NCBI GenBank assembly: GCA_963818475.1
Contig: CAWFSF010000006.1
Coordinates: 832,001-896,000, forward strand
Direction of reading: 5' to 3'
Source: Nitrospirota bacterium
GTDB taxonomy: Bacteria; Nitrospirota; UBA9217
Length of the DNA stretch: 64,000 nt
Positions 20,054-30,593 of the stretch are shown one piece after another; the stretch's first letter is position 1, and each line of letters opens with the position of its first letter. The position numbers and the translations under genes are program-made. The notes under the pieces were generated by a model. The model searched no databases. It was given only the letters and a program-made list of their open reading frames with translations, and was not told the DNA's origin.

Positions 20054-20467
20054 ATGGATACTATGAACAATAAAAAAAAGCTCCTCAAACAGGCAGGATT
20101 CACGCTGATCGAGCTTATGATCGTGCTGTCGATCATGGGGATTCTGATCACCATTGCCGAGCCCAGCTTCAAGCAGTCCATTATCAGGGCGAGGGAAGCG
20201 GTGCTGAAGGAGGACCTGTTCCAGATCCGTGACGCCATTGACCAGTATTATGCTGACAATAATAAATATCCCGAGCAACTTACCGACTTGATCAACCAGC
20301 AGGACCGTACTCGTAGCTATCTGCGCGAGATCCCCAAAGATCCGTTTACCAGGGCTGCGGACTGGATCACCGTATCACCGGAAGGCGGCGAAGAGGCCGG
20401 CGTCTTCGATGTTCACAGCGCCAGCCCGCTCATTGCGGTTGATGGCACCGCGTATAATACCTGGTAG
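20054..20467 (+). CDS. Type II secretion pseudopilin (GspG/OxpG-like)
   Basis: AG|FTLIEL, EAVLKEDL, AIDQYYAD, YLREIPKDPFT, GTAYNTW. Confidence 0.9.
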   Translation: MDTMNNKKKLLKQAGFTLIELMIVLSIMGILITIAEPSFKQSIIRAREAVLKEDLFQIRDAIDQYYADNNKYPEQLTDLINQQDRTRSYLREIPKDPFTRAADWITVSPEGGEEAGVFDVHSASPLIAVDGTAYNTW

Positions 20468-20723
20468 GTTTCCCAGCCGTCCGTACCCGCTCCAGGTTCG
20501 TGCGGCAGCAGGGCGGCCAACTCGTGCAGAATTCTCACTGTTTGAAGCAGGGTTCTATTAACCTCCATTGCAACTCGATTTTTCTTTTCATTAATCCTAA
20601 AAATCCTGACATCGCCCACTCCGGCTTGACCCTCCGCCAAAAGCTCAAAGCGTGACCTCAGCATCCAAAATTACCAGCCGTCAGCTGATTCGCGTCACAA
20701 TCGTTTTTTTGAGCGTCATACAG

Positions 20724-20771
20724 CACCTGTCAATTCTGACAGGTGACAGGTGACACCTTCTCCTATATAAT
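20724..20771 (+). promoter_or_regulatory. lux-box-like site 1 plus sigma70 promoter
   Basis: ACCTGTCAATTCTGACAGGT (20725-20744), GTGACA, 17 bp, TATAAT (20766-20771). Confidence 0.8.
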
Positions 20772-21048
20772 TCACGTGCATTGCATCAGCGACATTCTTC
20801 TCTTGGCGCAGTCGATCGTCCGGCTGTGAAAAATATGAATTCGCATTTGCACCGCGACGCTCTTTGACATTCAGCCTAGCTGTCCAACCTGCGAGATTCT
20901 GTTTGCCCTATGCGGCAAATATGGTAAGATACTGCCGTCTGCTTCGTTGACCGATCAATTGCAGATATTGGCTGGTTTGTGCGTCGCCGGCATTCCCTCA
21001 GTGTGGACAAAGCGACCGGGGTAATAATTATCTTGTGGGAGAACTATC

Positions 21049-22923
21049 GTGACGAAAATCGTCAGCAGTTTCACTATTTTTCTTGCCCTGGCCTTCTCCA
21101 TAACCTTCCCCCCCATTACCCTGGCGCAGCCTGATGAAGACAAAAAGTTCCTTCTCATGTATTTTAAGGAAGAGGAGCTCGTCGTGGAGTCGCCGACGCG
21201 CGGCAAAAAACCCCTCACCCAGGTTGCGGAGAACATTACCGTCGTTACCGCGGATGACATCAAACTCATGAACGCCCACACGGTCGCGGACGTGCTGAAT
21301 GGCGTGACCGGTGTGCAGGTGTTCATGACCGGCGGGCCGGGCAGTTCTGCACTGGCATCCATCCAAGGCTCGGATAACAGGCATGTTGCCATATTCATGG
21401 ATGGAATTCCTATGAACAACCTTAGCGACAATGTCACGGAGATCGGTGCTCTACCGGTCCAGAATATAGAAAAGATAGAGATCATCAAGGGACCGGCGTC
21501 TTCTGCCTGGGGCTCCTCCCTCGGCGGTGTAGTGAATATTATTACGAAGTCGGGGAGTGATGATGGATCCCGCAGCACGGTCTCTGCGAGCTACGGCGGA
21601 AAAAGCATGGCTGATATTAGAATGGAAACCCTTGGCAAAGAGGAACGATTCGGTTACTACGTCACCGCAGGCAGGCTTCAAACCGACGGTTTCAGGTCTC
21701 ATAATGATTTTTCCGGGAACAATGTTTACACAAAACTGACGTATGGCTTATCGGATAAAACGACCATCGGTTTTACTGTTGGGTATGACAACCTTTCGAG
21801 GGGTATTGCAGAATATCCTGACCCTGCTTACGATCTGTTTATTAATAATAAAATAGAGACACTGAAATCGTCTTTGATGGTGAAATCTTTGTTGAGTGAC
21901 GACGTAGAAGCTCAGCTCTCATTTTGGAAGTTGAAACAGAATAATGACATTTATTATTATAAGTTGAGTTCCGGAGTAGAGCTTTCAAAATACTACTATA
22001 AAGATAGCGGTTACGGCTCGAGTGCGAAACTCTCCTGGAAACACGATTTACATAATATCGTTCTGGGTGTGGACTTAGATTCTAAAAAACTTGAGTCTAA
22101 TACTATAGCTGACAATGATGGTTTAAAAAAATGGGCTTATTATATCAACGATACTGTTGCGATCGATCGCTTGTCACTTACGCCTGGCATCCGTTATGAT
22201 AAAACAAGCACGAACGGCGATTTCACCAGCCCGAGCCTTGGCGTTACTTATAAAATAACCGACTCATCTTTGCTCCGGGCATATGTTGCGCGGGGCTTCA
22301 GCATTCCGCCGCTTGGTTATACTTATGGAGATAACGATTTTTATATATCAAATCCAGACTTAAAAATGGAAAGAGTTTGGTCCTATGAGCTAGGAGCTGA
22401 ATCTACAGCGTTGCAATATGTCTGGATGAAGCTGTCCCTATTTCGGCACGATATCAGCGGCGGCATAAGACCAGAACCCGTATCAACGACTTCATCTACA
22501 CGGGTCAATGATGGAAGAGAGAGAAGGCAGGGAATGGAAATAGAGATGAAGTCACTGCCTCTCTACCATACTTTAATGGTTGCTGCAGTAACATTTATAA
22601 ACGCGAAAGATCTGGATACGGGTGAAACTATCGTAAACGTTCCTCAGCGAACATATGATATAGGCCTCCAGTTTGAGAATAATTCATTCAAGGCGCTGCT
22701 CAAGGGACATTATATTTATTGGAACGCTGATCCTACGTATAACGGGAAATACGATTCGATAATCGTGGATCTTCATGTTGCGAAGAATCTTTATGCGCAG
22801 CAAGATCAAGCGCTCGAAGCTTATTTTGATATCCATAATATATTCAACGGATCTCAATATCTTGTGGATGTATATACAAACCCGGCACGGTGGTTTGAAG
22901 CCGGCGTACGCTATACGTTCTAA
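21049..22923 (+). CDS. TonB-dependent receptor
   Basis: Signal peptide, plug motifs (IEKIEIIKGPASSAWGSSLGGVVNIITK), NPDLKME, C-terminal GVRYTF. Confidence 0.93.
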   Translation: MTKIVSSFTIFLALAFSITFPPITLAQPDEDKKFLLMYFKEEELVVESPTRGKKPLTQVAENITVVTADDIKLMNAHTVADVLNGVTGVQVFMTGGPGSSALASIQGSDNRHVAIFMDGIPMNNLSDNVTEIGALPVQNIEKIEIIKGPASSAWGSSLGGVVNIITKSGSDDGSRSTVSASYGGKSMADIRMETLGKEERFGYYVTAGRLQTDGFRSHNDFSGNNVYTKLTYGLSDKTTIGFTVGYDNLSRGIAEYPDPAYDLFINNKIETLKSSLMVKSLLSDDVEAQLSFWKLKQNNDIYYYKLSSGVELSKYYYKDSGYGSSAKLSWKHDLHNIVLGVDLDSKKLESNTIADNDGLKKWAYYINDTVAIDRLSLTPGIRYDKTSTNGDFTSPSLGVTYKITDSSLLRAYVARGFSIPPLGYTYGDNDFYISNPDLKMERVWSYELGAESTALQYVWMKLSLFRHDISGGIRPEPVSTTSSTRVNDGRERRQGMEIEMKSLPLYHTLMVAAVTFINAKDLDTGETIVNVPQRTYDIGLQFENNSFKALLKGHYIYWNADPTYNGKYDSIIVDLHVAKNLYAQQDQALEAYFDIHNIFNGSQYLVDVYTNPARWFEAGVRYTF

Positions 22924-22975
22924 TAACTTGAGCACTATTCGCTTTAAATTAAAAAAGGGGGGGAGGTGAGTGGGG

Positions 22976-23071
22976 ATGAAAAATCGTATTATCGTTTTAA
23001 AAAAAGGAGTTGATAAAAAAGGCGTTGTTTCCGGCGGCTGTTGTGCCATGGCTTTTATTCCGATCCGTTAG
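22976..23071 (+). CDS. Geopeptide-like RiPP precursor, 31 aa (MKNRIIVLKKGVDKKGVVSGGCCAMAFIPIR)
   Basis: Hand-translated; below the ORF-track size cutoff. GGAGGTGA RBS; basic IIVLKKGV leader and CC pair, directly upstream of a radical SAM gene. Confidence 0.85.
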   Translation: MKNRIIVLKKGVDKKGVVSGGCCAMAFIPIR

Positions 23072-23086
23072 TTAACGTACGTTTTA

Positions 23087-23120
23087 GAGAGGGAGGGCTG
23101 CTGGCTCTCCCTCGCATTTT
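23087..23120 (+). terminator. Stem-loop between precursor and maturase
   Basis: GAGGGAGGGC-TGCTG-GCTCTCCCTC followed by ATTTT. Confidence 0.55.
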
Positions 23121-23168
23121 ATTCTTATAAAAGCGACAGATTTTGATCTACCTCATGATGAAAAGACC

Positions 23169-24455
23169 ATGCCATTATCAAAATATACTAAAATATACCC
23201 CTCCCCAGATGGACCTGATTCCGTAATTCTTTATTCTACGAAAAATGCATCGGCACTGCTCGTCCCTTCCGGATCGATTGAAGACATCCAGAAAAACAGC
23301 TTGTCCGACGAGGAAAAAGAAACCCTCACGGATCACGGTTGCCTGGTAAAGGATGCCTCGGAAGAAAGACGTGAGATGCTCACCTTTATCCGGGAAGTGA
23401 ATTCTCTCGATAAAACGCTGAACTATATTGTTGTCTTGAACCTGGACTGCAATCTCGCATGCACATACTGTTTCGAGGGCGAAAGAAAGGGCAAGCTCTA
23501 CCTGTCCGATGAAACAGCCGACCAGTTCGTAGATTTCGTGAAGCGCAGCAGTGTCGGAAAAGAAGAGATCAATATCACCTTTTACGGCGGCGAGCCGCTC
23601 TTAAGCATGGAGCGCATTGCAGGGATCTCTGAAAAACTTCGTTTGTTCTCGGAACAGAAGGGACTTGCTTACGGCTTCTCGCTCGTTACCAACGGGACCC
23701 TGCTCACACCCAGGAATGTAAAGCGCTTAACGCCTCTCGGCTTGAAAAGCGCGAAAGTAACGCTCGATGGGCCGGAATATGTCCATGACATGTTCAGGCC
23801 ATTCAAATCCGGCGAAGGGTCCTTCAATATCATCATGCGGAATATCAAAGACGTCTGCGACATGATACGCATCCAGATCGGGGGTAATTATACGCAGGAA
23901 CATTTTCAGAAGTTTCCCCGGCTTCTTGACGTTCTCGCGGAAAAAGGCCTAACTCCCGACAAGATATATATGGTCAAATTCGACCCCGTGGTCAATGAAA
24001 GCGCAGAGTTTGCGCCGCGTGATTTTCATGACGGGTGCGCGTCGATCAATGAACCCTGGATCAGCGAAGCGAGCCTGTTCCTGCGGGAAGAGATATTGAA
24101 GCGGGGATACAAAACGCCGAAGATCATGCCGTCTCCCTGCGCCATTGAGCGGGAAAGCAGCCTGGTGGTCAACTACGACGGTGCACTGTACAAATGCCCG
24201 GGGCTGATCGGCAGGGCTGACTGCTGCGTGGGCGATCTCAAGAGCGGCTTGATCGACTACGGCAGCTCTCATGATCTCGACGCCTGGAAAAACGAGGAAT
24301 GCCTTGCCTGCGAATATCTCCCGCTCTGTTTCGGCGGATGCAAGTACATGAAGCTGCTGCGCGACGGCACCCTGCGCGGCATCAATTGTCAAAAAGAGTA
24401 TCTTGACCGGACCCTCGCCGGACTGGTGGCACAGGATATTAAATACGATCTATGA
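23169..24455 (+). CDS. Radical SAM/SPASM peptide maturase (geopeptide maturase-like)
   Basis: CNLACTYC, YGGEP, TNGTLL, TLDG; SPASM cysteines C...YKCPG...CLACEYLPLCFGGC...C. Confidence 0.92.
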   Translation: MPLSKYTKIYPSPDGPDSVILYSTKNASALLVPSGSIEDIQKNSLSDEEKETLTDHGCLVKDASEERREMLTFIREVNSLDKTLNYIVVLNLDCNLACTYCFEGERKGKLYLSDETADQFVDFVKRSSVGKEEINITFYGGEPLLSMERIAGISEKLRLFSEQKGLAYGFSLVTNGTLLTPRNVKRLTPLGLKSAKVTLDGPEYVHDMFRPFKSGEGSFNIIMRNIKDVCDMIRIQIGGNYTQEHFQKFPRLLDVLAEKGLTPDKIYMVKFDPVVNESAEFAPRDFHDGCASINEPWISEASLFLREEILKRGYKTPKIMPSPCAIERESSLVVNYDGALYKCPGLIGRADCCVGDLKSGLIDYGSSHDLDAWKNEECLACEYLPLCFGGCKYMKLLRDGTLRGINCQKEYLDRTLAGLVAQDIKYDL

Positions 24456-24572
24456 CCCGTTTCAATATCTGTGAAATCTGCGTAATCTGCGGATAATACA
24501 TTGACTTGAGCAGTTACTAAAAAAATCTTTTCACTAATCAGCAGGCTTTCGGATAGATAACACAGGCATTCC

Positions 24573-25485
24573 TTGATCAAATTGAATTCATACTTCGCCC
24601 GCAACCTTCTCCTCATCTTTTCCCTGTTCGCAGCGGTTCCGGTGCTCGGACCCGCGTCCGTGAACGCATGCGATGTTGTCGTAGTGAAAAGCGCCGACCT
24701 GAAACCCTACCGCGACGCGCTTCGAGGGTTTCGGGACGCGAGTTCCTGCACCGTGAGCGAAGTGGAATTGAACGACGATCGCGATCTTGAAAGAATACGT
24801 CAGAAAACGGCCCGATGTCGTGCTGGCGATCGGTACAACGGCCTTTAAGAAGCTCAGGCTGTTGAACGATGTTCCCGTTGTGTACGTTATGGCTGTCCTC
24901 TCCGAGGCGGACCGCGCACTTCCTCCGAATATTTCCGGCGTGAGCATGGAGATACCGCCTGCGGCCTATTTTGCCGCCATGAAACAGGTCTTTCCCTCGG
25001 CAAAACAGGTCGGTCTTTTGTACGATCCGCGCAACAGCGAGACCTTTGTCGAAGAAGCGTCACGCGACGCACGCGCCGCCGGTCTCGAGCTGTCGGACAG
25101 GAAGCTCCCCGATCCCGCAGGCCTGGCTGCTGCTCTCGGCAGCATGCGGGACACTATCGACATCCTGTGGATCTTGCCAGATCCGACCGTGGTAACGCCT
25201 GAAACGATCGATTACCTGCTGCGTTTTTCCATTCAAAACAATATTCCGCTCTTCGCTTTTTCAAAAAAATACGTCGAAATGGGCGCGATCGCTTCGCTCG
25301 ATGTTGACCCCTACGACATGGGCGCGCAGGCCGCGGACATAGCAAAGGGGATCGCCGCGGGGGGCAAAGGGTCGGTACGCGTATACGCGCGGAAAACCCG
25401 GCTTTCGATCAACGGGAAGGCCGCGAACAAAATGGGCGTCAAGATCGACAGCGAAACGGCGCGCAGGGTGGACCATGCCGATTAG
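24573..25485 (+). CDS. Periplasmic ABC-type substrate-binding-like sensor partner (one apparent frameshift)
   Basis: Signal peptide and PYRDALRGF, then after a shift near 24805 PDVVLAIG, GLLYDP, LWILPDPTV and DPYDMGAQAA. Confidence 0.8.
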
Positions 25486-26927
25486 GAGCTTTCGGAACAG
25501 GATCCGGGAACAATTCGGACTGAAGGTGTTCACCGCCTTCTTCGTCGTCATTGTTGTGCTCCTGACAACCTATACCGGCATCGGCGCTTTCCGTGAATGG
25601 CACAAGGCGAAGGACAAATTGAAGGAACAGGGGGAGATGCTTGCAGACCTGCTCTCACAGAATGTCCTCGTCGGGCTGTTCGCGGAGGACGAAACACTGC
25701 TCGAGGCGGCTGCGGCCGGAATGCTCGGTCTGAAAGACGTCACGTCGATCACGATCTATAACAGCGAGCTGAAGTTGCTCTATGCCGGTAAGCGGTCTTC
25801 GTCCGGGCAAAGCGCAACGCCCCTCCCTGGCGGACCGGTCCCCGGTCTTGGGGGTGTTTCCGGTCCCGACGTCGTCGAAACAGCGGACTCCTTTCAGTTC
25901 ACAAAACCCGTGTCGATCAGGTCGCGGTCCCGAGGCTGTCGAGTCCCTGTATTTCGACGTGCAGGGCACGGGGCGCAGCGGCCGGGTGATAGGATACGCG
26001 CAAGTCGTCCTGAGCAAGGACTCATTTCGCAAGGACATCGCATCGCTCGTGACGCGGAGAGCCGTAATGATGCTCCTGTTCATCGCTGCCGGCTGGGTCA
26101 TCATTTCTTTCGCAGTGAAGCAGGTCACGCGGCCGCTCCGGAACCTGACCGGGAAGGTGCGGTCGCTTGAATTGGGACTGCCCATCGAACCGGCTGTTGT
26201 GGAAACGGAGGATGAGATCGGGAAGCTCGCAGCGGCCTTCAACGCGATGGTTGAGGCGCGCGTCAGAGCGGAAAAATCCATGCGGGAGAGCGAGGAACGG
26301 GAACGGCACCTGATAGCGACCGACCTTCATGATTTCGTGGGACAGAACCTCGTGGCGTCGCAATACCAGCTCGGAGCATTGCGGAAGCTCATCTCCTCCC
26401 CTGAAGCGGCCGCACGCCTGGACGAGGCGCGCGAGCTGATCGCGCAGACCATCCAGTACACGCGGTCGCTCACCATCGAGCTCAGGTCTCCCGTGCTGGA
26501 GGAACTCGGCTTGCAATCGGCCATCGAATCGCTGGCCGAAAGTTATGAAACCACCCACGGGGTCCCTGTGCGGGTGGAGAATGACGGCTTGCCGATGGAG
26601 ATCAGCGACGAGACGGGCTATCTGCTCTTCCGGAGCGTGCGCGAGCTCCTGATGAACATCGTAAAGCACGCGAAGGCGACCGAAGCGAGGATCTCGGTGA
26701 CGAGGACGGGGGACAATGTCCGCATCGCGGTCAGGGACAACGGCATCGGGTTCATTGCAACGGCGGCGCCACAGCCCGGCCATAGCTTTGGTTTATTCAC
26801 CATCCGCGAGAGGCTACGAGGCCTTGGCGGGCATTGCGACGTCGAATCCGCGCCCGGCGCGGGGACAACGGTGGTCCTTACGGCGCCGCTCGTGAGATCC
26901 GGGGAACAGGGAAAGAGGACGCCATGA
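25475..26927 (+). CDS. HAMP HisKA_3 (NarX/UhpB-type) sensor kinase (one apparent frameshift)
   Basis: TM and periplasmic domain, shift near 25929, TM-HAMP (DEIGKLAAAFN), ERHLIATDLHDFVGQ, ELLMNIVKHA, DNGIG, FGLFTIRER. Confidence 0.88.
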
Positions 26928-27568
26928 TAAAGATACTTCTCGTTGACGACCACAAGATCGTGCGCGCCGGGCTCAGGGCGGTGATAGCCGGGCACCCGGA
27001 CATGACCGTTGTTGCCGAAGCGGGCGACGGCAGGACCGCCGTGGAACTCGCCGCCGAAGTGTCGCCGAACGTTATTATCATGGACATCTCCATGCCCGGT
27101 TTGAACGGAACGGAAGCGACCCGCAGGATACTGGAGGCGAACCCGGACGCCAGGATCATAGCGCTGTCGATGCATCTTGAACGGCGCATCGTGCTCCAGA
27201 TGCTGGGCGCCGGCGCAAAAGGATATTTATTGAAAGACGGCGCCGATGACGAGGTGATCGACGCCATTCTCGCTGTTACGCAGAATGCGACCTACCTGAG
27301 TCCGAGGATCAGCAACATGGTCTTGAGGGACTACGTCGAACGGGTCTCGAAAAATGAACTGTCCTCGATCTCCCTTCTGTCGTCGCGGGAGCGGGAAGTT
27401 CTGCAGCTTCTGGCCGAGGGGAAAAAGACAAAGGATATCGCCACGCTCCTTACGGTAAGCATAAAAACCGCAGAATTCTACCGCCAGCAGATCATGGAAA
27501 AACTGGACGTTCATACCATCGCCGAGCTTACGAAGCTGGCTATCCGCGAAGGCCTGACCTCGCTGTAA
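26924..27568 (+). CDS. NarL/FixJ-family response regulator
   Basis: ILLVDDH, MDISMP, GYLLK, LSSREREVLQLLAEG, IMEKL. Confidence 0.95.
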   Translation: MIKILLVDDHKIVRAGLRAVIAGHPDMTVVAEAGDGRTAVELAAEVSPNVIIMDISMPGLNGTEATRRILEANPDARIIALSMHLERRIVLQMLGAGAKGYLLKDGADDEVIDAILAVTQNATYLSPRISNMVLRDYVERVSKNELSSISLLSSREREVLQLLAEGKKTKDIATLLTVSIKTAEFYRQQIMEKLDVHTIAELTKLAIREGLTSL

Positions 27569-27682
27569 CATTTCCGCAGTATTCAAACTTCCTGATAGCC
27601 CTATCTGCCATACCTGCTTGTATGAAATCAGGCCCCTGCACGTCATAACCGGCTCAAAACCCAAAAAAGGACTCTCAAAAGG

Positions 27683-27730
27683 CACCTGTCAGTTCTGACA
27701 GGTGACAGCGAACAAAAAATCACTTACAAT
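27683..27730 (+). promoter_or_regulatory. lux-box-like site 2 plus sigma70 promoter
   Basis: ACCTGTCAGTTCTGACAGGT (27684-27703), GTGACA, 17 bp, TACAAT (27725-27730). Confidence 0.8.
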
Positions 27731-27856
27731 CCCGCAACTACTGGTTGATGCAGTTCTGGTCTTATGCAGGTTCCGTTTCAACCATGATTCTTATCAACCC
27801 ACGCTGTTTTGTGCGATTACCTGCGACAATGTGCGTAAAAAAAGGAGGATACTATT

Positions 27857-28864
27857 ATGGACATCGAATTTCACTATTACATCACCGCTCTTATAGCACT
27901 TCGCGCCGGATTTACTAAGGAAGAGGCCTATATACTTGCCTATGCTTCGCAGCATGTTGACGATAATACCGACGTCTTTAAGATCAATCAGGGTACCGCC
28001 GAGGCATACAGCAATTACATAAGTCAAACGTCAAACATACTAAAAGCGGAAAAGGAGCTAATGCAAATCTATCCCGTTTTCCACTTTATGCCGGGGAACA
28101 GGGACGAGATTGAATGTGAAGGGGCCATGCGATGTGACGGAAAACTTCATGTTCTCAATACGATACCGGACAATAGCAATGCCTGCGCCGTCCTGCAGGC
28201 GGCTTTCGACGACGGCAATCTCTACCGCATAGGGATAGCAACGCATATGTACGCAGATACGTTCGCGCATCAGAACTTTGTCGGCTACTACGAATCGTTC
28301 AATGCCATGAAAGGCGTTCTCGGTAAAGCTATTCCCGATGTGGGGCATGCGGACGCCCAACACAACCCCGATCTGCCGGGGCTCATCTGGGATGATAAAC
28401 GCCTTATCAACAAGAACAAGGATGTCTGCAACAGGGACCGTTTCCTCAAAGCGGCAGAACGCATCTTTGAGCAGTACCGGCGACATAAAGATCCCCACTG
28501 CTCGCCTGAAGTCATTACAGCGGACAAGACCTCGCTTATGGCCACTATTACTTATGCGATCGGTGAAACCGGCGATCATGCGGTCAACGATCAGGAGCGA
28601 AAGAATCGCATAGCCCGGTATAGAAAAGCCATTGGTGAAGATTTTAAGGACTATGACGAAAAGGAGTGGCTTGGCGAGGCAATTGAACGAAAAGGCCTCC
28701 TTGCCCCGATCAATCCGTGGCCCTCGTATGCATGGAAAGCCGATCACACGGACAGCCACTGGTTCAAGTTCCAGGAAGCGGTCAAGAACCATCAATGGTT
28801 CGCCAAGGACAATGTCCTGAGCCCCATCACCAAAAATCTTCAGCTTGATCGATTTTATAATTGA
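27857..28864 (+). CDS. Conserved hypothetical protein (DUF6765-like; His/Asp motifs reminiscent of zinc phospholipase C/S1-P1 fold)
   Basis: MDIEFHYY, ASQHVDD, FHFMPG, GIATHMYADTFAHQNF, GHADA; AGGAGG RBS. Confidence 0.6.
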   Translation: MDIEFHYYITALIALRAGFTKEEAYILAYASQHVDDNTDVFKINQGTAEAYSNYISQTSNILKAEKELMQIYPVFHFMPGNRDEIECEGAMRCDGKLHVLNTIPDNSNACAVLQAAFDDGNLYRIGIATHMYADTFAHQNFVGYYESFNAMKGVLGKAIPDVGHADAQHNPDLPGLIWDDKRLINKNKDVCNRDRFLKAAERIFEQYRRHKDPHCSPEVITADKTSLMATITYAIGETGDHAVNDQERKNRIARYRKAIGEDFKDYDEKEWLGEAIERKGLLAPINPWPSYAWKADHTDSHWFKFQEAVKNHQWFAKDNVLSPITKNLQLDRFYN

Positions 28865-29460
28865 GGACTACCTTACGGATGGAGTGTTCCCTTTCCATGA
28901 TACATGAATACGAGATCAACGGTGTGACCCTGCGGACCGGGGATATCATCTGCACGCATGACGGGGGCGCCCCGATTCTGGAGGGCCAGCTCTGGCATTT
29001 TGTCGGGAACCTGATCCCCGGCGATGTCGACCATGTCGCTCTTTATCTTGGACCGGGCGGTCGCTGCATAGAGGCAGGGCCGAAAGGGGTCAACATATTC
29101 GAAATGAAGAGCAGGACCTGGGATTCCGTGAATATGCGGGACCAGCGCGGCCCGGTTGTGGATACGTTCTACGGCGTCGCCTGCCCGGTAGAGGGCAGAG
29201 GTCTTGCGGAAGAAAAAAAAGCCGAGATCCGGGAGAGCGTTGCCCGGTACTGCATTGCGCAGGCAGGAAAGCCGTACAATTTGAATTTTATGAATTCGGA
29301 AACAGAAGATACGTTTTATTGCAGTCAATTAGCGTGTCTGGCGTATCTGAAAAGCGGCATCATTTTGAACACGGACCTGGGGGTGCCTCTGGTTCCCGGG
29401 ACGCACAGCATCATCTTTCCGCAGGAGATATGGAGCGGGTGTGTAAATAAAAAGGCATGA
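28861..29460 (+). CDS. Permuted papain-like NlpC/P60 (YiiX/YebB-like) enzyme
   Basis: GDII...DHVALYLG...GKPYN...FYCSQL, with His preceding Cys; start uncertain. Confidence 0.8.
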   Translation: MRTTLRMECSLSMIHEYEINGVTLRTGDIICTHDGGAPILEGQLWHFVGNLIPGDVDHVALYLGPGGRCIEAGPKGVNIFEMKSRTWDSVNMRDQRGPVVDTFYGVACPVEGRGLAEEKKAEIRESVARYCIAQAGKPYNLNFMNSETEDTFYCSQLACLAYLKSGIILNTDLGVPLVPGTHSIIFPQEIWSGCVNKKA

Positions 29461-29593
29461 GTGTCCCTGTCAAGGGGACCGGAAACAGTTCGATCACCGT
29501 TTCCAGAGCTCATCTGCAGGGTGATAAAAGAAGTTTTTAGGCCAAGATGGCAGATTTGACCGGCATTAGAATAACCTGAAGGAGAACGAGATC

Positions 29594-29950
29594 GTGAAGG
29601 CGAAAAAAAACAATGGCACGGGTGAGAATATCTGCGCTTGTGGAAGCTGGTTGGACCACTGGAAGAAATACGGCAGTCAGGCACTTCCCAGGTACTGCAC
29701 AGAAGCGAAATGTATGCACGCGCCGGAAGTCGGAGCGCATATCCAAAAGGACGGCTCTTCAGACAACGGCTGGTACATTGTTCCGCTCTGCAGTGCCCAC
29801 AATGCCGAAAAGGGCAGATCGCTGAACGTCAGTGATGCTGTACAGCTTGTGCCGGCCGATATCAGTATCACGTGCGGCAAGAAGGATGCTGAAGAGCGCA
29901 ACAACGTTGGCATGACCGAATGGGGCCAATTTACAGGAACGCATAGGTAG
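29594..29950 (+). CDS. Small Cys/His-rich hypothetical protein
   Basis: CACGSWLDHW, C..C, GAHIQ and YIVPLCSAHN; GGAG RBS before GTG. Confidence 0.6.
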   Translation: MKAKKNNGTGENICACGSWLDHWKKYGSQALPRYCTEAKCMHAPEVGAHIQKDGSSDNGWYIVPLCSAHNAEKGRSLNVSDAVQLVPADISITCGKKDAEERNNVGMTEWGQFTGTHR

Positions 29951-29992
29951 AAACAACTTTCCTCAAAAGCGCCGAAAGGGAAAGCGGAGACC

Positions 29993-30115
29993 GTGAAACA
30001 AAATTGCTGGGATTTTAAAAAACGCGGAAGTCTACCGGGTGGAGCGCACGCGGAGGATCTGGGCGTATGTCCGGTTGCGACGTACGCCGCGGTTAGAACA
30101 GTGGGGTCAGATTAA
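29993..30115 (+). pseudogene. Truncated two-CW-domain fragment
   Basis: Hand translation MKQNCWDFKKRGSLPGGAHAEDLGVCPVA matches the first half of the NCWEFKKCG...GVCPA family and stops at a TGGGGTCAGA motif. Confidence 0.55.
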
Positions 30116-30125
30116 GGGGGGGCTT

Positions 30126-30584
30126 ATGCAAGGAGCTATAGGGGATGTCGATTTTTTAACGCTTTTGCAATATGGGGCAACAGGCTTTGCCGTCATTTTA
30201 TTATCTCTTGGATATCGGCTCCTGAACCAGCTGATGAACGCCAAGGACAAGGGCGATAACTTTAAACGAAAATTATTCGCCGTTGTTTTTTTCATGTCGA
30301 TCTCAACGATATTTTTTTTCGGGGGACTGGCCGGACAGTATATTTTACAACAACAGGAAAGGCCGGTGAATGTCCTGATAACACCTAACCAAATGCCGGC
30401 AGGTGTGGACCGACCGCAAATACGGCGGGGAGTCGAATCAATTAAGCTGGAGAATGGGGCCGCAGTTGTGGCCGTAAAATACAATGATACCCTGAACTTT
30501 CAAGTCGAATGCCTGACGGATAGAATATTAATGTGTCAACAGGCGCAGCGGTACGCTCCAACAATGAACCAAACATTGCAATGA
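30126..30584 (+). CDS. Hypothetical membrane protein
   Basis: Two hydrophobic segments; start taken at MQGAIG. Confidence 0.55.
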   Translation: MQGAIGDVDFLTLLQYGATGFAVILLSLGYRLLNQLMNAKDKGDNFKRKLFAVVFFMSISTIFFFGGLAGQYILQQQERPVNVLITPNQMPAGVDRPQIRRGVESIKLENGAAVVAVKYNDTLNFQVECLTDRILMCQQAQRYAPTMNQTLQ

Positions 30585-30593
30585 GGTGATGCT

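Noticed and set aside
2704-26927. Frameshifts in gcvT (two), mtnA, the secretin, the binding protein and the HisKA_3 kinase as pseudogenes or programmed frameshifts
   Set aside because: Each is repaired by removing one base, they hit housekeeping genes too, and there is no other decay. A systematic insertion-type sequencing error is more likely; read mapping would decide.
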